From NCBI GenBank assembly GCA_012295275.1, contig CM022679.1, positions 8,618,001 through 8,682,000 on the forward strand: DNA of 64,000 bases, read 5' to 3'. The notes below the pieces were generated by a model. That model did not search any database and was not told the DNA's origin. It saw only the letters and a list, made by a program, of their open reading frames with translations. This document shows positions 28,700-41,800 of the stretch, piece by piece. The stretch comes from Chrysomallon squamiferum (Eukaryota > Animalia > Mollusca). The position numbers and the translations under genes were made by a program. The first letter of the stretch is position 1. Every line of letters begins with the position of its first letter.

Positions 28700-31070
28700 T
28701 TTTTTTTTTTTAAAGAACTCCTGAAAGTATTCAACAAAACGAAGGTAACTTCAGAAGAAACAAAACATGTAGAAATAATAATGAAGATTGTTAATAATTC
28801 AAATCATCTAACGAAATATCTCAAACAAGTCAATAAAAGAAACTTTTGTTTGAGCAAAACACTAGTAACATTAATATGAACTATGCCAAAATTATACATT
28901 AGAAAAGAAACAGAAATTAATGACATCACATTTAAGGATAACAAAAAAATCATGTATTTTCTACAAAGTGCTAAAACTTTCAGTCCTGCTATCTTGTTTA
29001 AACAATAAATCCAGCATCCTGATCATGATATTTAACAACAATTATGAGTGGCAGCAAAAAGTAAACACATAAAAAAATACAATATAATGTATGTAGATAT
29101 ATGATCTTATATGAATGAATTTAACAGATTAAATTACCTCTTAAAGTCTGAGTAGACTATATTATCATTATAATGTTTTTGAAGGGAAGCAAATATGTAT
29201 TCTGTCTGCAGTCATATTATTCAGAATAGTTCATATGACATCCATTTTCTATTATTTACAAAATAATATATGAAATGTTATTTATTTGATATATAACACA
29301 ATAACATTAAGATAGCTTTTAATATATATTTTAATCTACCTGCAGCTAGGTGTGTCAAATAACACTAATATGAATTTAAGTGTCTGCTCACTCAAGTGTT
29401 TACACATGAAACAAATAAATGGATTGTATTGTTTATTAAAGTTTAACAATAAAACATGACATAAAACCTTATTTACATAAAATAGTATTGTTATCTAGCC
29501 TAATTAGGTTGATGAGACACATAAAACATATTGCATATACAAAAAAAAAGAAAAGAAAATCAGTTAATAATTACAGTCATATTTAAAAGAGTGAATGAAT
29601 CTAAAAGTTTTTTTTTTTTTTTTTTTTTTTAAAGAACTGAAAGTATTCAACAAAACGAAGGTAACTTCAGAAGAACCAAAACATGTAGAAATAATAATGA
29701 AGATAGTTAATAATTCAAATCATCTAACGAAATATCTCAAACAAGTCAATAAAAGAAACTTTTGTTTGAGCAAAACACTAGTAACATTAATATGAATTAT
29801 GCCAAAATTAAACATTAAAAAAGAAACAGAAATTAATGACATCACATTTAAGGATAACAAAAAAATCATGTATTTTCTACAAAGTGCTAAAACTTTCAGT
29901 CCTGCTATCTTGTTTAAACAATAAATCCAGCATCCTGATGATCAAGATATTTAACAACAATTATGAGTGGCAGCAAAAAGTAAACACATAAAAAAATACA
30001 ATATAATGTATGTAGATACATGATCTTAGATGAATGAATTTAACAGATTAAATTACCTCTTAAAGTCTGAGTAGCCTATATTATCATTATAATGTTTTTG
30101 AAGGGAAGCAAATATGTATTCTGTATGCAGTCATATTATTCAGAATAGTTCATATGACATCCATTTTCTATTATTTACAAAATAATATATGAAATGTTAT
30201 TTATTTGATATATAACACAATAACATTAAGATGGCCTTTAATATATATTTTAATCTATCTGCAGCTAGGTGTGTCATATAACACTAATATGAATTTAAGT
30301 GTCTGCTCATTCAAGTGTTTACAAATGAAACAAATGAATGGATTGTATTGTTTATTAAAGTTTAACAATAAAACATGACATAAAACCTTATTTACATAAA
30401 ATAGTATTGTTATCTAGCCTAATTAGGTTGATGAGACACATAAAACATATTGCATATACAAAAAACAGAAAAAATCAATGAATAATTACACTCATATTTA
30501 AAACATCATATAACACCAATATGAACTCTGAAAGTATTCAACAAAAGGAAATCAGTTCAGAAGAAAAAACATGAAGAAATAATAATTGAGACTGTTAATA
30601 ATTAAAATCATCTATCAAAATATCTCAAACAAGTGTTTGAGCAAAACACAAGTAATATTTATATGAACTTACCAAAAGTATAGATTAATGAAGAAACAGA
30701 AATCAATGACATCACATTTAAGGATAACAGTGAAATCATATATTTTCTATAAAACGCTGAAACATTCAGTTATAAAATGTTGTTTAAATGATAAAACATT
30801 ATTTACACAAAATGATATTGTCATCTAGCCTAATTAGGCAGATGAGACACATAAAATATATTACATATATAAAAGAAGAAAATCAATTAATAATTACATT
30901 CATATTTAAACCAGCAATTGTAAAACTGAAATGAATACAAATTTCAAATAAAATAATTTTAGAAAGATCTCCTCCTGAAGGGAAGGTAACTTCAGAAGAA
31001 ACAAAATGTAAAAATAATAATGAAGATTGTTAATAATTCAAATCATCTAATGAAATATCTCAAACAAATC
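28320..31070. repeat. Second tandem array of ~900-bp units (~2.5-3 copies, more diverged), related to the first array
   Basis: 28720-29620 recurs at 29640-30520, with decaying copies to ~31070 (repeated MKIVNNSNHL pseudo-ORF). It shares the GAAACAGAAATTAATGACATCACATTTAAGGATAAC core with the 874-bp array. Poly-T tracts at 28658-28711 and 29608-29630. Confidence 0.9.
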
Positions 31071-31656
31071 AATTTCTCTACTGAGTTTATAAACATCTGT
31101 ATTAATTTACATGAAAATAATAAGTATATTATCTATTTTAAAAAGACCAAAACAAACAACACAAAAAATACATTAAAAACAAGTAAAAAAAAACCCCCAA
31201 AACAAGAGTTATTTAATGTCTAATCCAGTTTCAAATTCTGTGATGTAACTGCAACAAGCTTTATCAGCTTTATGAAAAATGAGCATGCACAGAAATGTCA
31301 AATCTTCTTTATACATAGACAAAATGCCCACTGTCATGTCCAAATAACTGAAATAGAAGGAAATTCAATTTAAAAAACAAAACAAGCAAAATGGATCAAA
31401 ATAAGATACACTGTAAAATGACATAAAACATTTCTTACACTAATATTTGTATATCACTATTAAAGCTGTCATCCAAAACAATTTTTTTGAAAGATAAATA
31501 CATTTTTAAAAAGCACCAATGATTGGGTGTATTGAAAGTATATATTTTAAACCTCTGTATTTGTTTGAGAATTTGACAAGAGGTTAACCTGATTAACCTG
31601 ATTACTAACTAATTATTCCATTTGATCATAACTGTGACTATTTTCCACTACTGATA

Positions 31657-31964
31657 CAGGCCCATGCACGTGATGCATGTGTGTGAGGAGCGTGTACACA
31701 CCCAACAGTCTGCCAAAGTCGATGGATGTGAAAAATAAAAATAGTCTGACAATGTGAACTGTATGAAGTTTTGCAGTTATAGCAGATCCCATGCTGTAAT
31801 GTGCAGTAGAAATGTGCTGTATGTAACTGGTGTTGTTAATTTTTCTGCAGATCCATTCTGATAGACACTATCTTCATGCCCCTGCACCTCCATAACAACT
31901 GCAACCCTTTGAGGTACCAATTATCTACACACATTCCCAATATTAACTTGTGCATGCCAGCCTG
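31657..31964. mobile_element. Possible degenerate MITE (~310 bp)
   Basis: GC-richer island bounded by imperfect inverted termini CAGGCCCATGCAC ... GTGCATGCCAGCCTG. No clear TSD. Confidence 0.35.
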
Positions 31965-32777
31965 TGGTGTACAACCAGGTAACTTGGTATTCAATATATA
32001 ACTGACATTATAGCCATGAAAGTAAATCCTTGTTGAATGATGGTCATTTGTTTGATATTTTACCTTCAAAAATGTTTACCAATAAAACAGCTAGAAGTAG
32101 CATTGTAACTCGATCCTTCTCACATACTAATTACTGTTGTTGATTATTTTTTTTTAAATTAATTATATGAATGCTGATCATGGAGCTGTGAAAGAGATAG
32201 TTTGTAAGTTTTGAGTCTGTGATATATTTGTCACATAACATTGGTGTTAATAGTTAGGAATAAAAAAAAACAAAAAGGAAAGAAATATAAGAAGCATAGT
32301 TTTGGAGATTACAGATTCTACTTTCACTGGATTTTTAATTGTTATTTAAAATATGCAGAGAACAAAATTAAAAGGAAAATATATATATTTGATTATTATT
32401 TTATAATATCACTATGACTATCTAATAATGTATATTTAATACTTTCATAGTAGATATCCTTTCATGTATTATGATTAATCAACTTTTTTCAATATCTTAT
32501 CGATGATATATTATCATTAATAGTTTTAATTAATTTTATGTAAAATGCAGTCACCAAATACATACTCTGTGCATGTAAAAAAAATAATGCAATATAATAA
32601 TATGAGAAAATACAGTAGATGAAATGTATGAAACTTAAATACTTTTTAATCTTACAGTAGGAAACCAGTTTAATTTATTACTGATTTTGAGATGTGGTAG
32701 TAAAGTCTATGTGATGGTTGATAGTTAATGTGTTACTTACTGCTTGGTGCCCTGTTGTGACACATTAATATAACAAA

Positions 32778-32820
<43 letters not shown>

Positions 32821-32865
32821 AAAAATCTACTGGAATCACCTGATGGTTATTACTGCTAGTACCCT

Positions 32866-35800
32866 TCAGTTTAGTTTCTTGTTCCAATGTCCTGGGCGTC
32901 TTGATTGCTTAGTTCTCATGTTGTTTGATTTTAATCGGCCTCTTTTCTTTTCAATAAACTTAAAGTAAAAAAATATTGTAATATTATTATTTGATTACAA
33001 ATTCTTATTAAATTCAATATCGAGAGAAGCAATAGCAAAAATTCAAGCCAGTAAAGCACATAATCTACCTAACTTTTCAGCAGGTTAATTAATTTTGTTT
33101 CCCTGCATATGCATACATTGTCAAATTACTTCTAATTATGCCTTTATGAAACTACATTTATAAAACAAAACATCACGATTGAAGGTTCTTTGTACAAAGT
33201 CTGAATGAACAAACTAATCAGACTGAAATATAATTTGACATTTTGTCATAACCAGAATCAGCTTATTTTAATCAAACCGTTCCACAAATGTAGTTTTTTT
33301 TTGATAAATTTAATTTATTACGGTAATTTTAATTACAGAATTCCAAAGTGTTAGGTGTTTTAACGGAGATCTCTTCTTCTTTTTCAGATTTAATGAAATT
33401 TAGCATTCACAAAAAGCTAAATTTTATTGGAACTAACTGACTTTTGACAATTTTTGACAATTTGAGACAAACAAAGTGGCAATACCACCTATTTTGCTCT
33501 CTGAACTGAACACTGTGTAATTATCCAAATACCAAATTGATTATAAATCATAGTCTTTTGTAAATATTATTTATGTATTTTAATTTCGAATTTAAAAAAA
33601 ATGTCTAATACCTTTATTTGCAGCAGTAACTAGAATAAACACTAACCTAAATCATTTAAGGGTGCAAATCCAAGGTGAATTTCCTCTAGAAGAGTTGTCT
33701 TTAATTTAAGAATTTCTACTTTAAAATCAAATCTTTAAAGCTAAGTTTAAAGGATGAATTTTATAATTTCTACACTCTGCATAAAACTACCTTTAATCAA
33801 ATATTTGTTCTCTACGTTTGACAAATATCCTTGAAAGAAACTGAAGAGTTTCATCACAAAACACAATGCATAGACTGGCACTCTTTTCAGATAAGCAAAG
33901 GAGAATGGCATGATACTTCATTTAGAAATAAAAGCACATTAATTATCAGTACCAATAACTTGTTTATATCATGCTTTACCAAAAACTGAAAGAGAGTTAT
34001 CTATTTTAATTTTTGGGAATAATTATATAATTAGTCATATCAGTCAAATATTAAAATAGGCTGAGGCTGAATTGTTAGACAATTTATCATAAACATATTA
34101 AATCTGATTTAAATATTAGCTATACATATTTCTGTTTATTACTTTTATTTAATATATATATATAAATCATAAAAATGATTATTCCTCGTAATAATATAAT
34201 ACTAAATAAAATTAAAGTTAATACACTTAATCAAAAACTTATATAAAATAACATTTCCTTAACCCACAGCTTAGCTGTCTGTTTATGAAATGTTAAACAT
34301 TTGTTATGTCATTATCCCATAGAAAATCATAGAAAAAAATACTGACCTCTCTCAAATACTGCACTGTGCACTCGATGTGTTCCACACAGAGGTCTGGATG
34401 AAAAACAATCTGTCTTGCTTTCTCTTGATATAATTTCTGCATTGTGCATGGCCAAAGTGCCTGGTTTTGAAGTATTCTTGGACCAAGCTGCTCACCAGGG
34501 TGAACATTAGGATCATTAATAAATCTGTAAGCAAATCGCTTCAGCGCTGCTAACAATCCTTCGAGTAATTCAAGATCAGTTTGTTCTGTTAGAGTTCCAA
34601 GACTTGTCTTCAGCTCTTCTTTTAATGAAACTTTGAATTTTTCATCTAAAAAGGTGATGGCTGTATCAGCCTCAATACCCTCAACAAATTCAAAAAGAGA
34701 TGTCAAGAAGCAGAGTTTAAGTGGCATTAGAAAATGCACTACTTCAGGGGACCTTTGGAGAAAGGACACTGACCACTGTGTAATGTAATACTGAACAGTG
34801 TAATCTGTCTCATTTTTTGGTAGTTTAACTTTTTTCATTAAAGCAAATATGGTTTCCAGATATTCAAGGATAATTCTCAAATTAGAATGACTCTGACATT
34901 TAAGTGTCAATATTGTATTTTTCATATCTTCTGTTATTGGTTTTTGCTGGACAAAATTTTCAATATCTTCAAAAGGTGTTACTGATCTATAAAGACAATC
35001 CCCCAAAAAAACAATGATTGGAAAACTGTCTGTGATCTCCAGGAATGGTTTGTTAACCAGTAAGTAATCTGACAAAAGATGGTCTATAGAATAATAGTCA
35101 TAACTGTGAACTCTTCCATGGTCATAACCAGAGCAGCACTGTGAAAATCTTAGAATAGTTTCTGATCGTTTTCTTTCAGGATCATCCGAAGTCCAGTGCA
35201 CAATTTCTTTCTCAGTAATTTCTTCAATTGGAAAAACAGATAAGTTAGCTGATTTATCACTTTTCATGAAACTCAAAGGAAGAGATTTATAGACAAGACT
35301 TATTATCAATACATCCTCCAAAAATTCATTTTGCATGTTCTTTAAGGCAATAAGAATCTGATACATAGCTGAATTTTTGTCAACAATGATGCAGTCTTCC
35401 ACTGTGCTGTTCATGGTAATTTGGGGAATTGATCCCAAGTTTTTATTGTACTTTTTAAGAAGTTTTTCTTTTGACCGCATTGTAATCCATGATTTTTTAA
35501 AATCTACAAACAGCTTTTCTGAATACTCTTTCTGATCATCTCTGTCAATGAAGTCAAGTAGATATAATTGTTTACATTCATTTCTTGTCTTTTTATAACT
35601 GATCTTTTTAAAACAAAACAAATGCCATTTCACAACAGACAGCAAACAATCTAGTAAAGACAGTTGATTTTCTTTTGCAAAAACAAGTGCTAAAAACGGA
35701 TGTTTCTCTTCCATCATGTTTATCACAAACTCTGACTTCATGTTTTGATTAGTTGGTGGTAGTGAGTACCTTAAAAACATTGGAAATTTGTCTTCATTCA

Positions 35801-38800
35801 GCCCACTTTCATGCAAAATCCTGTCAAAGCTCATCTCAGGTTCTGTACATTTTCTTATCAAATCCTGAAGTTTTGAAAATCGAAATCTAGTAATTTCATC
35901 AGTCTTTTTAGAGATGGAGTCTTCAAAGAATTGTCTCTCTTCGGGTGTTTCAAAACAATTATTATCTTGGAGCAACCGTTTCATTTCTTGCAACAGCAAG
36001 TGCAGAAATGTTCCTACCTGTCCATTTCCAAGAGCTGTCATCTGCCGTAATGTATTCCAATGTGTGGAGAGATGTTTTCTCAAATAGTCTTCTACATTTA
36101 CATCTTCTCCAAGATTAAGATGGACTGCAAGGTCTTCTTTGGTGCAAAATCCAAGTGCCAAAGATCCTGCAAAACAGGCATGAAGTACAAGATTTAAAAA
36201 CCTGAAGGTAACTGGAGATAATGTACGTCCAGTCGTGATTATATCAGCGTTTGGGTCACTAGGAATATAACCTTTTATACTAGGTGTGTCTTCTAAAATA
36301 AGAGAAAGATTTTTCTCAGTTATTTTGTCACTTTCAACAGTTTTGGTGCATGCTGTACAATGTCTTATATCTGAGTCACTGGGCACTGCAGAAATAAATC
36401 TGCACGAACACTGAAAAAAGTTTACTGTTTTGACTTCAGTCTTCAAAGATAAAAGGCCTGTTTTTTCATCTTCAGATTTTGTTACTGCAGGTAAGTAATA
36501 TCTGGCTGTTTGAGATGCATCCACTAAACATTTGAAAATTAAAGACTCCTCAGAATTTGTCAAACAGCAGCACATAACATGAATTAGAAAAGACGACATT
36601 TGAAATTCTTCTTCTTCTGATTCTTCTGAAAAGTTAAAAAGTGAAGAAAAATGAAAACTGTCCTGACAGCAAAGACAGCGTAATAATTTTAAAGCGTACT
36701 TTGACATTCCTAGATCTTCTGCCTTTTTGCACATTTTTTTACCAAATGTTTGGTTTTCTTCTGACAATGGCCCAATTATTTTTGAGAATAAAAATCTGTG
36801 AAGTGTGAATGAAAACAAATCAAACAGCTTTGAGCCATCATTGACAGCGTCACGCATCAACTTTTCCCAGTTCTGTTCTGTTTTCTCAGACATCTGCTGA
36901 TCTAAACCTAGTGGATTGAGATCAAAAATACAATTCAAATTCTCCTGTTTAACATCAAAAGTCTTGAATCGTTTACACAACTTGTTGAAAGTTATGAATC
37001 CATTTCCCGCAACAGCATATTCTATGAAACAGACCTGGATTCCAGAATTTTGTATATTTTCTTCCTTGAAAATGTTTTGTGATTCAAGACGAGAAAAATT
37101 TTCAAACTGATATTTAATACAGGCAACTGCTATTGTCTGAGACAGAGAGAATTCAGATGAAATAAACTTGCTCAGATAATCTCTGAAATCTTCATCCTTA
37201 ATTTCATTATCAACAAAGAAATGGTGGAAAATATCAGTACAGATGCAGCCTAGTGAAGAAATTTTGCCCTGTTCTTTTAGTGTTTTGTCTAAATTTACAA
37301 AGAATTTGTTAGCCCCAATGCTGCTCTCATCCTTTATAATATCACTCAATGTTTGAGGGCCACAGTTCAAACCTAAATTGCTTCTGATGGCTAAATGTAA
37401 TGCAGGACCAAACATATGATAATTACCTTTGTCTAACAGTTTTTTACTCAGAGCAGTGTCTAAGACCCATTCCATCACCTCTGTATCAGGATCTGCTGCA
37501 AAACAACACCTCACATAAAAAGAATAGAACTGCAAGATATATTCAATTGGTATATTGTCTTTCTCTAATTTCTGCAGAAATTCAGAAATAAAATGAAAAG
37601 TTTTCTTAGAGACTAAATCATTTTTAATCAGCTGGCCACCAAGTGTAACTAACCACTGTTCTGAGATTCCATGTGATATTACAATCAAATCAGCAAAATG
37701 AATGCATAATGATAATGCATGAGACTCAACAGGCATTTCTGACACTTCATCAGCATGAGTAAGGATCATGTTTGTGTTTCTTTGCCAGTTTCTACAACTA
37801 TTCTCACTGTTCACATTAGCAGTGGAACGCAAAAGCTCTTGGCAAATATGTTTTGTAATTCTGGACCATGTGCTTTCAAAGTTATTTTCCTGATCTTTAT
37901 TTGCTTCCATTAGTTTTGTAAATTCTTCAAAATATTCATTTGATTTATCAGGTTGTACTTGCATACAAGCATCAACAAGATGTTGAACTGAATGAAATTT
38001 CTTTTTGTTAAGCCAGTATGTGATATGAAGTTTGGTAACAAACATTGAAAATTCTTCATTTGATAGAGGAATTAAAGAGTTGATGATTTGTTTAAGCATA
38101 GTGATCTTTTGCTTGACGTTCAATACCAAAACAGTTTTAGAGGACACCATAATGCAAAAATCATCAAAGTAATCATCCTTTTGAGTACTGTAAGGACTTT
38201 CAAAAAAGGCAGGTGCTGCCTTTTTCACGTCAGTCAAATATCTGTCAAATAATTCATAAATTTCCTCCTTAGATAAATAGTCTCTGTCTTTCTCATCCAT
38301 GATTATCTGACATTCTTTCATACATTGTTTTTGTAATTTATCTTCAATTTGATTAAAAAATACTTTGCTAAATGGATGTTTCAGTTCTAATAGTAAATCA
38401 GGTCCATAAAAGCATTCTGGACCTGATGGAAGGGGTTCTTCTGAAATATCAACAATTTCTGTATTGGTCAAATGATTTATCCATATTTCTGTTTTCTGTG
38501 AATCATCTGTCTGCCAGTAACATTTATTCCATGCGTTGAACACTTCAACTTTGTGCACAACTGCAGACAAAGGGTGTTTGATATAGCTGATGACCACTTC
38601 ATCAAGGGCATCCATGAAAGTTGAGAAATCTAGAAGTTTGCATCTCTCCACAGCTACATCAAATTGCCATTTTTCTTTTTCCTGCACTTTTTTATTGTTT
38701 TCAAGCCAATGCCAAATAACCTTTTCAATTGCATGCATAACAGATTTTGTTTGTTTAATGCTTTCAATTATTTCATGCAGGTTATCCAGAGTCCTGAAAT

Positions 38801-41800
38801 CATTACTGTACCGAATGCATGTGAAAGCCCAAAACATGAGTTTACTTATTTGATCATGAAGTGGCTTATTCATTCTTAGAATATCATAAATAGATTTGTC
38901 ATACATGTCTTCCAGAGAAATGCTCCTTGCCACTAAATTGTCAATAGTTGTAAGTTTCCATCCACTAAGGAAATTAATAAAACACAGGTTTTCGTCAATA
39001 GCTCTTCCAAGGTGAAGAATGATAACAACGTGTTTCTCATAAACATCTGCTACACTTGTTTTCATATATTCTTTTCTCTGATTTTCAATTAGAGTTCTGA
39101 AATGAAGAATCTTTCTACCATCTGTATTTGACAGGCTGTGAAAAATCAAAATCTTCTTTTGTGTATCTGACCAGAATGCTTCCAGTTTTGATGAGAGTTC
39201 TTTTTCACATTTAAAAATTGCCATGTGTTCAACCTGACATTGTGAATGGATATCATTTTTTAAATTTTCATGTATATTAGTATGTGTAAGGACGATAATG
39301 TTTTGCCCATGGTTATCAGGTAATGAATTTATAAATGATCCCAAACCTTTGTGTGCTGTAAGTTCAAAGTAATTGTTTTGCAGACGAGCATATTCTGTTT
39401 TATCTTTGGTTGACAAAATTGATTTCTTTCCTCGAATGACGCCTTCAGGTGTGCATACACTTATCAGTTCATTCTTGCACTTTTCAAAAATTGCTTCTTT
39501 AGAAGACTGTGCATTTTCTTTTGTGCAAAAACTATAAACAAGAGATGGAACAAGTTCTTTACCATACACAGGAATCAGATCAGATTTTTTAAATTCTGTG
39601 ATTTCTATTTTACTTAAATCTGTAATCCAGTCTTCCAGCTGCTGAGTTATTTCTCTTTGCTTTGAATTAAGCACATCAGTAATTCGCAGAGTCTGTTTCT
39701 CAAATCTGTTAAGAAAAGGAGGATCAGAACAGGTCAAATTCCTGCCGTCAACTATAACTATGCAGCGAAAGTTCTCATGAACATGGCACCAAGAGTTACT
39801 GTATGGGCCTAAAGCAATACGGCACATGTTTTTCCCTGTTATACTTGTATAATTTTGATTCAGCATATCATACAAACTTCCATATATTTGTTCCAGGCCA
39901 TTCAAAATTAGGACCTTACCTTGCTCCATGTAAAGAATGATTTTACTGAGAATTCTGTAGTTGTATTCATCTCCAATATCATCCTGAAACTGACTTCCAA
40001 TGATTGTAACATATTCTCTTCCAATTTGTAGCAGAATGTTTTCAACTAATCCAAGAACTGCATCTCCTTCAGTAATAACCATCAAATTCCTGGCATTACT
40101 GTCTTTGATATTATCTTCAATTAGTTTTATAACAGGTACCAGTTTATCTACATCTGATGATACATTTGTTTTCTTTTTCTTCATATTGTCTGAAAACATC
40201 TTTATCAGTTTATTCAAATATTCATTACCTCCAAAATTTCTCTGCAAACCTTTTAAGACACAGTGCAATTTACAGTCATAGCTATTGCTGTTCTCATGCT
40301 TATTAATTTCTCTAGCTATGTATTTCACCAGTGAGTAAAAATCTCTCAGTCCGTGAAAGTTTGGCAAAACATCTGACATGTCTTTTATAAACTGACAGTA
40401 AGTTTGGGCTATAACAGCGAGAATGTCATTGTCTATTCTACAGCCCTCTTTTGACGTAACAACACTGATAGCATGTCCCGTTTCTTCAAGCTCTTCAACA
40501 TTCAAATCAGGACGTGAAACATGTATTACACGATTCATTTTAGCAGGATCGAGAGCCCAGTTAGATATTCCTACAACAGAAATTTGAGCATCTTCAGGCT
40601 CAAGCAAACTGTGCAGCACTTTCAAAGGATGAAAACGTGAATTTTCTGCTAGACCCACTTCATCAAGAATGACAACAGGTAGAACATTCTCTCTATTTGT
40701 ATTATTTAGAAAACTCTTTGCCTTTTCAAATACTCTGGTAATTCCATCAGATGTAGACATTTCTGAACCTTGATAGGTAAAAAAGTAGAGCTCAGGCAAT
40801 GTTTTAAAAAACTCATTTTCAGAATCTTTGCCTTTCAGATTGTCTTTTATCAGCTGTAAAGACAATGATTTGCTACTTCCTGGTTTTCCAACCAAAAATA
40901 CTGGCATTTTATTCAAGATGCACACCAAAACAACAAATACATTTTCCTTCAAAGCAGAATTTTTGGCAATTCCTTCAGGCATATGCATCCTGTTCAATAT
41001 GTCGGCTTGTGATTCTGAAATAATTTTTAAAATGTTGCTATCTTGCCACACTGAATTCTTCTTGAAAACATTTATTAGTTTGTTTCTATACTCACGCCTA
41101 TTTTTTTCTTCTGATATTCGATAGTAGTATGTATGAGCTAGACTGAGAATAACTGAATTTCTTAGCACTTCATCAGGAGATGTGCCTTTTAGCTTTATTT
41201 TAGAAAACCATCTGATGAGTTTTCTACATCGATCGATTTCCCTCAGACTAACACAGTAATGCGTGCTTTCAAACTGTCTTATTAGACGTTGTGATTCTGC
41301 TAAAAGTTGCACAAGAACTGGAACTTTTTCTTTAGGCAGTATATCTCTTACCATTCTTTGAATGTATGAATATTCGTCCTTTTCGCCAACGGTACCAAAA
41401 TCCCAGACATAGTCCATCATATTTTCTGGTAATGGATGAACTCTGTAAATCAAATCTGACATTGCATCCTTTTTTATTTTACCTTGAAGACCTGATGTAC
41501 ATCCAGTGGTTTTTAATTTGTAAGGATTGCAAGCAGCAATGAGTGCTACATTTTCAGGTAATTTATGGTCGTAACAGATACGGTGACACATGATACTTGT
41601 AATCAGTCCTAAATGACATGATGTGTTGATTTCATCTAAAAACAACCACAGGGGCTCTTTTGATGAACATGCTTTTGCAATGATGGAGCAGATTCTTTCA
41701 ACAATCTGCTTTTCATCTATGCCTGCATGAAAATTAAAAACTTCCATTTCGATGCCAGAAATTTCTGACAAATATTTAATAACACTTGTTTTGCCACAGC

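Noticed and set aside
28658-28711. Long poly-T as a retroposon poly-A tail
   Set aside because: It is part of the ~905-bp tandem unit (shorter equivalent at 29608-29630), with no TSD or SINE/LINE body.
22250-31070. CRISPR-like or prokaryotic repeat system
   Set aside because: Units are ~0.9 kb with no unique spacers, there are no cas genes, and the context is clearly spliceosomal eukaryotic.
31836-32069. 77-aa minus-strand ORF as a further RNF213-like exon
   Set aside because: It overlaps a putative MITE, has no recognisable homology, and lies beyond the predicted stop.
33130-33960. Possible hAT transposase relic (ACAAAGTGGCAATACCACCTAT resembles TRWNSTY with a frameshift)
   Set aside because: A single short motif needing a frameshift, with no other transposase motifs or TIRs recognisable.
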